A DNA stretch of 64,000 nt from NCBI RefSeq assembly GCF_964213995.1, contig NW_027590144.1, forward strand, positions 1,116,001-1,180,000, given 5' to 3'. Origin of the DNA: Mustelus asterias (taxonomy: Eukaryota). The translations under genes were made by a program, and so were the position numbers. Below are positions 8,357 to 18,894 of the stretch, in pieces (the first letter of the stretch is position 1; each line of letters opens with the position of its first letter). The notes under the pieces were generated by a model that had not been told where the DNA came from, made no database searches, and was given only the letters and a program-made list of their open reading frames with translations.

Positions 8357-9842
8357 AGAACATAGAACATAGAACATAGAACATTACAGCGCAGAACAGG
8401 CCCTTCGGCCCACGATGTTGCACCGACCAGTTAAAAAAAAACTGTGACCCTCCAACCTGAACCAATTTCTTTTCGTCCATGAACCTATCTACGGATCTCT
8501 TAAACGCCCCCAAACTAGGCGCATTTACTACTGATGCTGGCAGGGCATTCCAATCCCTCACCACCCTCTGGGTAAAGAACCTACCCCTGACATCGGTTCT
8601 ATAACTACCCCCCCTCAATTTAAAGCCATGCCCCCTCGTGCTGGATTTCTCCATCAGAGGAAAAAGGCTATCACTATCCACCCTATCTAAACCTCTAATC
8701 ATCTTATATGTTTCAATAAGATCCCCTCTTAGCCGCCGCCTTTCCAGCGAAAACAATCCCAAATCCCTCAGCCTCTCCTCATAGGATCTCCCCTCCATAC
8801 CAGGCAACATCCTGGTAAACCTCCTCTGCACCCTCTCCAAAGCCTCCACATCCTTCCTGTAATGTGGGGACCAGAACTGCACACAGTACTCCAAGTGCGG
8901 CCGCACCAGAGTTGTGTACAGTTGCAACATAACGCTACGACTCCTAAATTCAATCCCCCTACCAATAAACGCCAAGACACCATATGCCTTCTTAACAACC
9001 TTATCTACTTGATTCCCAACTTTCAGGGATCTATGCACACATACACCTAGATCCCTCTGCTCCTCCACACTATTCAAAGTCCTCCCGTTAGCCCTATACT
9101 CAACACATCTGTTATTCCTACCAAAGTGAATTACCTCACACTTCTCCGCATTAAACTCCATCCGCCACCTCTCGGCCCAACTTTGCAACCTGTCTAAGCC
9201 TTCCTGCAAACTACGACACCCTTCCTCACTGTCTACCACACCACCGACTTTGGTGTCATCAGCAAATTTGCTAATCCACCCAACTATACCCTCATCCAGA
9301 TCATTAATAAATATTACAAACAGCAGTGGCCCCAAAACAGATCCCTGAGGTACACCACTTGTAACCGCACTCCATGATGAATATTTACTATCAACCACCA
9401 CCCTCTGTTTCCTATCCGCTAGCCAATTCCTGATCCAATTTCCTAGATCACCCCCAATCCCATACATCTGCAGAAGCCTACCATGGTGAACCTTATCAAA
9501 CGCCTTACTAAAATCCATATATACCACGTCCACTGCCTTGCCCCCATCCACCTCCTTGGTCACTTTCTCAAAAAACTCAATAAGGTTAGTAAGGCACGAC
9601 CTACCTGCCACAAAACCATGCTGACTATCACCTATCAATTCATTACTCTCCAAATAACTATAAATCCTATCCCTTATAATTTTTTCCAACATCTTGCCGA
9701 CAACAGAAGTGAGACTCACCGGTCTATAATTCCCGGGGAAGTCTCTGTTCCCCTTCTTAAACAATGGGACAACATTCGCTAACCTCCAATCTTCTGGTAC
9801 TATACCAGAGGCCAACGACGACCTGAAGATCAGAGCCAGAGA
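8357..9842 (-). mobile_element. 5'-truncated CR1 LINE (RT C-terminal half, TTCTATG microsatellite tail)
   Basis: ORF 8334-9869 with NYRPVSLTS, DFSKAFD, GVPQGSVLGP, FADD; (AGAACAT)n tail. Confidence 0.93.
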
Positions 9843-10359
9843 CATGGCTCGTGTTGTTATATGATACAAATTAGATATATTATTTATGACTCTGTAATAA
9901 AATACATTTATTATTATTTATCATCTTGTAATATAGAAATGTAGCTACGTTATGTATTTCCAGTCATCTCTTTCCTCAGGCAATTGTTATTCTTGAATTT
10001 CCTTTCCACAGGGATCATTGCAGGTTGAAAATCATTAAATATATTCCAGGATGAGTTAGACTGATTTTTGACTGACAAGACTGTCAAGCTTATGGGGAAT
10101 ATATGGGGAAATGGAGAGAAAGCTAAGATGACGAGGGATTTCCTGATTCAAGGAAGTGGTGAAGCTTTGGAATTCTCTACCCTAGAGGCCTGTGGAGCCT
10201 CAGTCATCAAGAATTTTCAGGAGAGAGACATTGGTTTCTAGATATTGAAGAAAACAAGGGAGATGGATTTAGTGTGGGGAGAATGATGCTGTGTGAATGA
10301 AAATTGAACCTTCTTTGAGTCAGTGGCTGCCCTGAAGCAGCGGAGTAAATATTTCAAAT

Positions 10360-10604
10360 ACAGACTCCAACTTCCTCCAGTCTCTGTGAGTAAAGCACTT
10401 TCTTTTTTCCCCCTTTCCATTTCTTTTCTCATTCTGGGGGGAAATTGGGGATTTGCAGCAACTGAAGGGCAAGGAAGTGAATCCAGTCTGTACATTCCAC
10501 ACATTGTTAGTGCAGTCAGATAGACATATATCTGTGCTCTATGTTCTATATATCTGTTTGGCAGCCTGCATGGAGCTTTTCAGCTCTCTGTGTCCAGGAC
10601 AGGA
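10360..10604 (+). other. Second copy of ZNF exon-1 end, donor (10386) and intron 1, ending at the exon-2 acceptor
   Basis: AACTTCCTCC...GTGAGTAAAGCACTTTC paralogous to 8030-8150 and 45081-45288. Confidence 0.6.
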
Positions 10605-12825
10605 TAAACACAGTAAGAGTTTTAACAACACCAGGTTAAAGTCCAACAGGTTTATTTGGTAGCAAATACCATTAGCTTTCGGAGCGCTGCTCCTTCGTCA
10701 GATGGAGTGGAAATGTGCTCTCAAACAGGACACAGAGACACAAAATCAAGTGACAGAATACTGATTAGAATGTGAATCCCTACAGCCAACCAGGTCTTAA
10801 AGATACAGATAATGTGAGTGGAGGGAGCATTAAGCACAGGTTAAAGAGATGTGTATTGTCTCCAGACAGGACAGCCAGTGAGATTCTGCAAGTCCAGGAG
10901 GCAAGCTGTGGGGGTTACTGATAGTGTGACATAAATCCAACATCCCGGTTTAGGCTGTCCTCATGTGTGCGGAACTTGGCTATCAGTTTCTGCTCAGTGA
11001 CTCTACGCTGTCGTGTGTCGTGAAGGCCGCCTTGGAGAACGCTTACCCAAAGATCAGAGGCTGAATGCCCATGACCGCTGAAGTGTTCCCCAACAGGAAG
11101 AGAACAGTCTTGCCTGGTGATTGTCGAGTGGTGTTCATTCATCCGTTCTCGTAGCGTCTGCATGGTCTCCCCAATGTACCATGTCTCGGGACATCCTTTC
11201 CTGCAGCGTATCAGGTAGACAACGTTCGCCGAGTTGCAAGAGTAGGTACCGTGTACCTGGTAGATGGTGTTCTCACGTGAGATGATGGCATCCGTGTCGA
11301 TGATCCGGCACGTCTTGCAGAGGGTGCTGTGGCAGGGTTGTGTGGTGTCGTTCGAACAAGACTTCTTCACCGCACAGGACCTTCAACCGATGCTATACAC
11401 TAGATACATCGATGACATTTTCTTCCTTTGGAGTCATGGTGAGCGATCACTGAAACAACTATATGATGACATCAACAAGTTCCATCCCACCATCAGACTC
11501 ACCATGGACTACTCTCTGGAATCGGTTGCATTCTTGGACACATGCATCTCCATTAAGGACGGTCACCTCAGCACCTCACTGTACCGCAAGCCCACGGATA
11601 ACCTCACGGTGCTGCACTTCTCCAGCTTCCACCCTAAACACGTTAAAGAAGCCATCCCCTACGGACAAGCCCTCCATATACACAGGATCTGCTCGGATGA
11701 GGAGGATCGCAACAGACACCTCCAGACGCTGAAAGATGCCCTCATAAGAACAGGATTTGGCGCTCGACTCATCGATCGACAGTTCCGACGCGCCACAGCA
11801 AAAAACCGCACTGACCTCCTCAGAAGACAAACACGGGACAAGGTGGACAGAGTACCCTTCGTCGTCCAGTACTTCCCCGGAGCGGAGAAGCTACGGCATC
11901 TCCTCCGAAGCCTTCAACATGTCATTGATGAAGACGAACATCTCGCCAAGGCCATCCCCACACCCCCACTTCTTGCCTTCAAACAACCGCACAACCTCAA
12001 ACAGACCATTGTCCGCAGCAAACTACCCAGCCTTTAGGAGAACAGTGACCACGACACCACACAACCCTGCCACAGCAACCTCTGCAAGATGTGCCGGATC
12101 ATCGACACGGATGCTATCATCTCACGTGAGAACACCATCTACCAGGTACACGGTACCTACTCTTGCAACTCGGCCAACGTTGTCTACCTGATATGCTGCA
12201 GGAAAGGATGTCCCGAGGCATGGTACATTGGGGAAACCATGCAGACGCTACAACAACGGATGAATGAACACCGCTCGATAATCACCAGGCAAGACTGTTC
12301 TCTTCCTGTGGGGGAGCACTTCAGCGGTCACGGGCATTCAGCCTCTGATCTTCGGGTAAGCGTTCTCCAAGGCGGCCTTCACGACACACGACAGCGCAAA
12401 GTCACTGAGCAGAAACTGATAGCCAAGTTCCGCGCACATGAGGACGGCCTCAATCGGGATGTTGGATTTATGTCACACCATCAGTAACCCCCACAGCTTG
12501 CCTCCTGGACTTGCAGAATCTCACTGGCTGTCCTGTCTGGAGACAATACACATCTCTTTAACCTGTGCTTAATGCTCTCTCCACTCACATTGTCTGTACC
12601 TTTAAGACCTGGTTGATTGTAGGGACTCGCATTCTAATCAGTATTCTGTAACTTGATTTTGTGTCTCTGTGTGCCCTGTTTGAGAGCAGATTTCCACTCT
12701 ATCTGATGAAGGAGCAGAGCTCCGAAAGCTAATGGTATTTGCTACCAAATAAACCTGTTGGACTTTAACCTGGTGTTGTTAAAACTCTTACTGTGTTTAC
12801 CCCAGTCCAACGCCGGCATCTCCAC
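10605..12825. mobile_element. Penelope-like element with inverted 3' segment (10605-11350 minus, 11351-12825 plus); RT C-terminus and GIY-YIG endonuclease; nonsense codon at 12035
   Basis: RYIDDIF (RT), VVYLI..C...WYIGET (GIY-YIG) on both strands; TSD TCCAGGACAGGA at 10593-10604 and 12826-12837. Confidence 0.92.
12695..12740 (+). ncRNA. Minimal hammerhead-ribozyme motif in the Penelope pLTR (other copies ~10672-10705 minus, ~13175-13207 degenerate, ~31380-31420 minus, ~31440-31482 plus, ~45350-45385 minus)
   Basis: CTGATGA-A-GGAGC-AGA-GCTCC-GAAA-GCTA: catalytic core boxes flanking stem II; minimal hammerheads are an established feature of Penelope-like elements. Confidence 0.7.
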
Positions 12826-12837
12826 TCCAGGACAGGA

Positions 12838-13299
12838 CACAGGACAAGGCAGCCTTCACGACACATGACAACGCAGAGTCGCTGAGCAGAGGCTGATAGC
12901 CAAGTTCCACACACATGAGATCGGCCTCAACCAGGGTCTTGGGTTCATGTCACACTATCTGTAACCCCCACGACTTGGCTGGGCTTGCAAAATCTCACGA
13001 ACTGTCCTGTCTGGAGACAATACACACCTCTTTTACCTGTGCTTAACCCTCTCTCCACTCACATTTTCTGTACCTTTAAGACTTGATTACCTGTAAAGAC
13101 TCGCATTCCAACCATTATCTTGTAAATTGAGTTTGTGTCTTTATATGCCCTGTTTGTGAACAGAACTCCCACTCACCTGACAAAGGGGCAGTGCTCTGAA
13201 AGCTAGTGGCTTTTGCTACCAAATAGACCTGTTGGACCTTAACCTGGTGTTGTGAGACTTCTTACTGTGTTTACCCCAGTCCAACGCCTGCATTTCCAC
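12838..13299 (+). mobile_element. Second, short Penelope-like 3' fragment (different subfamily) at the same site
   Basis: Diverged paralog of 12370-12825; followed by a third TCCAGGACAGGA at 13300-13311. Confidence 0.85.
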
Positions 13300-13927
13300 T
13301 CCAGGACAGGAAGCAGTGAGCATGGATCTGTCAATCAGCCTCAATCAGCACCTTGAGGAGAATGGGGAGGGTGAATATTAGATACAGCAGAGTGAGAATG
13401 GAGGGAGAGTGTGTGGGATGGAGATTTACAGCTTTTGGGGAATGAGAGAGGAAAAAATGTTCCATAGAAACTAGAATTGTCTGTTCTGAATTTCTATCCT
13501 GTACTGACTGTGATGAATTTTTACAATTTTTACAATAATTACTTCTGTAAATTCCTTTTACAGGATATCAGAAGGTGAGGATTTACAGACAAAAACTCAG
13601 AACAAACATCTCATCAACATCTGACAGAGTCATTCAATTTATCGGGACCTGAATATTATCGACATTTGATTCCAGAAGGAGAAATGTTTCTCTGTTCTTT
13701 CTGCTTCACAAGATTCTCAACATCAATGCAACTGGAAAAGCACTGAGACACACACACACACACCCGAGAGTGAGCGTACTCCAGTGCACTGAGTGTGGAA
13801 AGAGCTTTAACCAGTTACACCACCTGAAAATACATCGCAGCATTCACAGCGGGGAGAGACTGTACCCGTGTTCTGTGTGAGATTTAACTGATTATTTAAC
13901 CTGGAGAGTCACAAGGACGCCCGCACC

Positions 13928-15106
13928 ATGGAGAAACCGTGGAAATGTGGGGACTGTGGGAAGGGATTCAGGCACCCATCTGCAGTGGAAACTCATCGAC
14001 GCAGTCACACTGGGGCGCAACCATTCAGCTGCTCTCAATGTGGGAAGGGATTCACTCAGTCATCCAGCCTGCAGAGACACCAGCGAGTTCACACTGGGGC
14101 GAGTATGTTTACATGCTCTCAGTGTGGGAAGGGATTCACTCAGTTCTCCAGCCTGCAGAGACACCAGCAAGTTCACACTGGGGAGAGGCCGTTCACCTGT
14201 TCTGACTGTGGGAAGGGATTCACTCGCTTATCCCACCTGCTGAGCCACTATCTCACTCACACCAATGAGAGACCCTTTAAATGCTCTGACTGTGGAAGCA
14301 GATTCAAAAGCTCTCGAGAACTGATTTCCCACCAGCGAGTTCACACTGGGGAGAGACCGTTCAGCTGCTGTGTGTGTGGGAAAGGATTTACTCAGTTATC
14401 CAACCTACTGACACACCAGCGAGTTCATACCGGGGAGAGGCCATTCACATGCTCTGTGTGTGGGAACAGTTATATTCACTTATCCAGCTTGCTAAGCCAC
14501 AAAGTCACTCACACCAATGAGAGACCCTTTAAATGTTCTGATTGTGGGAGTGGCTTCAAAAGCTCTGGAGAACTGATGTCCCACCAGCGCATTCACAGTG
14601 AGGAGAGACCGTTCAGCTGCTCTCACTGCACAAAGAGATTTAGAACGTCATCCAACCTGTGTGCACACCAGCGAGTTCACACTGGGGAGAGACCATTCAC
14701 CTGCTCTGAGTGTGGGAAGGGATTCACTCATTCATCCCATCTGCACAGACACAAAGGCTCTCACAGCAATGAGAGGCCCTTTAAATGCTCTGACTGTGGG
14801 AGTGGCTTCAAAAGTGCTGCGGATCTGTTGGACCACCAGCGCATTCACACTGAGGAGAGACCGTTCAGCTGCTCTCACTGCACAAAGAGGTTTAGAAGGT
14901 CATCCGCACTGCGGAGACACCAGCGAGTTCACACCGGGGAAAAACCATTTACATGCTCGGAATGTGGAAAGGGATTCACTGAGTTACGCAATCTACAGAC
15001 ACACCAGCTACTTCACACTGGGGAGAGGCCATTCACCTGCTCTGTGTGTGGAAACGGATTCACTCGGTCATCCCACCTACAGAGACACCAACAAATTCAC
15101 AAATGA
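13928..15106 (+). CDS. ZNF-A: tandem C2H2 zinc-finger protein, 14 fingers, no effector domain
   Basis: CxxC-x12-HxxxH repeats with TGERPF-type linkers; upstream small exon ~13305-13370 and acceptor TTTTACAG at 13563. Confidence 0.92.
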   Translation: MEKPWKCGDCGKGFRHPSAVETHRRSHTGAQPFSCSQCGKGFTQSSSLQRHQRVHTGASMFTCSQCGKGFTQFSSLQRHQQVHTGERPFTCSDCGKGFTRLSHLLSHYLTHTNERPFKCSDCGSRFKSSRELISHQRVHTGERPFSCCVCGKGFTQLSNLLTHQRVHTGERPFTCSVCGNSYIHLSSLLSHKVTHTNERPFKCSDCGSGFKSSGELMSHQRIHSEERPFSCSHCTKRFRTSSNLCAHQRVHTGERPFTCSECGKGFTHSSHLHRHKGSHSNERPFKCSDCGSGFKSAADLLDHQRIHTEERPFSCSHCTKRFRRSSALRRHQRVHTGEKPFTCSECGKGFTELRNLQTHQLLHTGERPFTCSVCGNGFTRSSHLQRHQQIHK

Positions 15107-15305
15107 TGACAGGGATTGGATTCTGCCGTTATTGCTGCTGTTAATCACATCCAGGACTGAATCATGTTCATTCTGATAGTTGGTGAAGTGGGAGGATAGG
15201 AGGGTTTCTTTCTGCTGGACTGGCCATCTCATGACTTTCCCACCAGTGGGCTGATGCTCTTCGAACCCGGGAGAGCACATTTCCACTGAAATGATCCACA
15301 AAAGC

Positions 15306-15634
15306 GGGTGGCATGGTGGCACAGTGGTGAGCACTGCTGCCTCACAGTGCCAGGGACTCAGGTTCAATTCCTGACTTGGGTCACTGTGCAAACCCAGCAT
15401 AACATTCTCCCCATGTCTGCATGAGTTTCCTCCGGATGCTCCGGTTTCCTCCCACAGTCCAAAGATGTGCGGGTTAGGTTGATTGGCCATGTTAAATTGA
15501 CCCTTAGTGTCAGGGGGACTAGCTAGGGGAAATGCATGGGGTTGTGGAGATGGGGCCTGGGTGGGATTCTGGTTATTGCAGACTCGGTGGGCCGAATGGC
15601 CTCCTTCTGCACTGTAGGATTCTATGATTCTATG
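15306..15634 (+). mobile_element. tRNA-derived SINE (HE1/V-SINE-like)
   Basis: A box TGGCACAGTGG, B box GGTTCAATTCC, central TTTCCTCCGG..GCTCCGGTTTCCTCCCAC, GATTCTAT tail. Confidence 0.85.
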
Positions 15635-17100
15635 AAAAGCTGATGAAGGATATTTATTCTATCCTGGACAGTAAATACTGTTTTTCCTACCACTACAGGT
15701 AGATCTAAAGTAAGTACATTTGTCTCTGTTCCAGTGAGTCGACAGCACAGGGCCAGGCCAGTCGGCTCAATTGGTCTGTGTCAGTATTTATGCTCCACAT
15801 GAGCCTCCACCCACCCCTCTTCATCTCCCCCCATCAGCATATCCTTCTATTCCTCTCTCCCTCATGTATGTATCTAGCTTCCCCTTCAATGTATTCATGC
15901 TGTTCACCTCAACCACTCGCTGTGGTAGTGAGTTCCACATTCTCACCACTCGCTGGGTAAAGAGGATTCTCACTGAACTCACTATTGGATTATTGAACCC
16001 CTTCATAATCTTAAAGACTTCCATCAGGTCACCCTTCAGTCTTCGCTTTTCTAGAGAAAAGCAGCCCCAGCCTTTCCTGAGGGTTAAATGCTCTCAGTTC
16101 TGGGATTATTCTTGTGAATCTTTGTTGCTCCTTCTCCAGTGCCTCTATTTCCTTTTTCTAAATGGAGATCACAGATGTTGACAGTGCTCCCAGTGTGGTC
16201 TAACCCTGGTTCTAAACCAGTTGAACAGAACCTCCCTGCTGTTCAATTCTATCCCTCTGGAATGGAACCCTATACATGGGCCTCACACTTTAGGAAAGAT
16301 GTGAAGTTCTTAGAGAGGGTGCAGAGGAGATTTACGAGAATGGCTCCAGGGATGAGGGACTTCAGTGAGTTAGAGGGACTGGAACAGCTGAAATTTCTCT
16401 CTTTAGATCAGACAGGCATTAAGATTGGGAATGGGGCCATTCAGCCCATTGAATCCATGCCGGCTCTCTTTAGACCAAACCGTTGTCCTGATCTCTCTCC
16501 GTATCCCTGCGGATTGATTTCCCTGATATGCCCGTCCAATTTCCTTTTGGAAACATTCCATTATCTCTGCTTCAGCCGCTCGTAAGAAGTGAGTTCCAGA
16601 TATTTACCACTTCAAATGCAAACGAGGAGCAGAGAGCACAAAAGGAGGCGGTGTGACCCATTGTGCCCCTGCTGCCTCTTCAAACATTCTCAGCAACAAG
16701 GTCAAGGAGGCCATGTTAAATTCTAACATGTGACTGGAGCTTTATTTTAAAAATTAATGTTGGATTCACCTACATGCTTGTGGAAGCTGCATTGCTGGCA
16801 GGAATTGTATAAACTAAAAATTTCTTCTATGAATTTGATCAGTTGGAGGACATTATATTCTGTCAAATCTGGCTCAAGAATAAGGTTGATTGCTCAGTTC
16901 AAGTAAGAAGGAAAGCTATTGGCTTGCAGCAAGTGTCTTTTCGAACCAGTATATCTTGTATTAACCTTATTCAGTTGTGGGACATGGGCGTCGTTGGCTG
17001 GCCAACATTTATTGCCCATCCCTAGATGCCCTTGTTCAGAGGGCAGTTGAGAGTCAACCACATTGTACGAACCAAATGTGTTCATTAAATATTACTGTAT

Positions 17101-18088
17101 TTAGAACAAAGAAAGTTACAGCAGAGGGACAGGCCCTTTGGCCCTGCAAGCCTGCACCGACCGCACTGCCGGATGAAATTAAAACCCCCTACCCTTCCAG
17201 GGACTATATGCCTCTATTCCCATCCTATTCATGTATTTGTCAAGACGCCCCTTAAAGGTCACTACTGTATCCGCTTCCACTACCTCTCCCGGCAACGAGT
17301 CCCAGGCACCCACTACTCTCTGTAAAAAATCTGCCTCATACTTCTCCTTTAAACGTTGCCCATCGCACCTTAAACCTGTTCCCCCAAGTAATTGACTCTT
17401 CCACCCTGGGAAAAGGCTTCTGACTATCCACTCTGTCCATGCCCCTCATAATATTGTAGACTTCTATCAGGTCGCCGCTCAACCTCCGTTGTTCCAGTGA
17501 GAACAAACAAAGTTTCTCCAACCTCTCCTCATAGCTAATGCCCTCCATACCAGGCAACATCCTGGTAAATCTTTTGTGTACCCTCTCCAAAGCCTCCACA
17601 TCCTTCTGATAGTGTGGCGACCAGAATTGAACACTAGATTCCAAGTGTGGCCTAACTAAGCTTCTATAAAGCTGCAACATGACTTGCCAATTATTAAACT
17701 CAATGCCCCGGCCGATGAAGGCAAGCATGCCGTATGCCTTCTTGACTACCTTCTCCACCTGCATTGCCACTTTCAGTGACCTGTGTACCTGTGCACCCAG
17801 ATCCCTTTGTCTATCAATACTCTTAAGCATTCTGCCATTTACTGTATATTTCCTATCTGTATTAGACCTTCCAAAATGTATTACCTCACATTTGTCCGGA
17901 TTAAACTCTATCTGCCATCTCTCCGCCCAAATCTCCAACTGATCTATATCCTGCTGTATCCTCTGATGGTCCTCATCGCTATCCCCAAATCCACCAACCT
18001 TTGTGTCGTCTGCAAACTTACTAATCAAACCAGTTACATTTTCCTCCAAATCATTTATATGTATTACAAACAGCAAAGGTCCCAACAC
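17101..18088 (-). mobile_element. CR1 LINE, 3' part of an element split by the plus-strand CR1
   Basis: ORF 17336-18088 (FADD, LVRPHLE); sequence resumes colinearly at 22370. Confidence 0.9.
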
Positions 18089-18171
18089 CGGGGCATCGGG
18101 AAAATGACACGTGGGTCACAGTTAGGAGGAGTAAAGGGCAGAAGGGTAAAGTACAAGGGAGGTCTCCAGAG

Positions 18172-18894
18172 GTGTCTCAAAATAGGAAGGGCTTGGTGAA
18201 AGGTGTGAGAGGGGAGGGGAGTGGACAGTTAGAAGAAGGGTCACCTGTGGTTGTCCCACTCCAAAACAGGTACATTGTTTTAGATAGTGTGGAGGAGTGT
18301 GCCTCTCCAGGGGTAAGACACAGTGACCAGGTCACTGGCACACAGTCAGGCTCTGTGGCCCGGAAAGGGAAGAGAGGGGTTAGGAGAGCGATAGTGGTGG
18401 GGGATGCGTCAGTTAGAGGGACAGACAGGCGATTCTGTGGGGGCGAACGGGACTCCAGGATGGTAGTCTGCCTACCTGGTGCTGGGGTCACGGATGTCTC
18501 CGAGCGGATAGGAGGCATTTTAAAAGGGGAAGATAAAGAAACGGATGTCATTATACACATTGGTGGAAATGACGTAGATAGGAAGAGTAGGGGGGTCCTA
18601 AGGGAGCAATTCAGGGAGTTGGGAAATAGGTTAAAAAGTAGGGTCACTAGGGTGGCCATCTCTGGGCTGCTCCCAATGCCTCGTGCCAGTGAGGATAAGA
18701 ATAGGGAGTTGGTTCAAATGAATGCCTGGCTAAAGGACTGGTCCAGGAGGGAGGGCTTTATTTTCATAGACCAATGGGAGGTTTTCAGGAGAGGATGGCA
18801 CCTGTACAAGAGGGAGGGGTCACAACGAAGTTGGAAGGGCACAAATATCCTGGCTGGGAGCTTTGCTAATGCAGTTCGGGGGGGTTTAAACTAG
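18172..18894 (+). CDS. CR1 ORF1 C-terminal SGNH esterase-like domain (5' truncated)
   Basis: VVGDAS, CLPGA, IHIGGND and ISGLLP motifs typical of CR1 ORF1 esterase. Confidence 0.8.
   Translation: MSQNRKGLVKGVRGEGSGQLEEGSPVVVPLQNRYIVLDSVEECASPGVRHSDQVTGTQSGSVARKGKRGVRRAIVVGDASVRGTDRRFCGGERDSRMVVCLPGAGVTDVSERIGGILKGEDKETDVIIHIGGNDVDRKSRGVLREQFRELGNRLKSRVTRVAISGLLPMPRASEDKNRELVQMNAWLKDWSRREGFIFIDQWEVFRRGWHLYKREGSQRSWKGTNILAGSFANAVRGGLN

Noticed and set aside
11264-12037. Single 257-aa protein
   Set aside because: Chimeric frame crossing the Penelope inversion junction at ~11350; only the part after it is RT
13939-14243. Alternative-frame ORFs over ZNF exons (MWEGIHSV..., GRDSLSHP...)
   Set aside because: Expected off-frame products of repetitive finger codons
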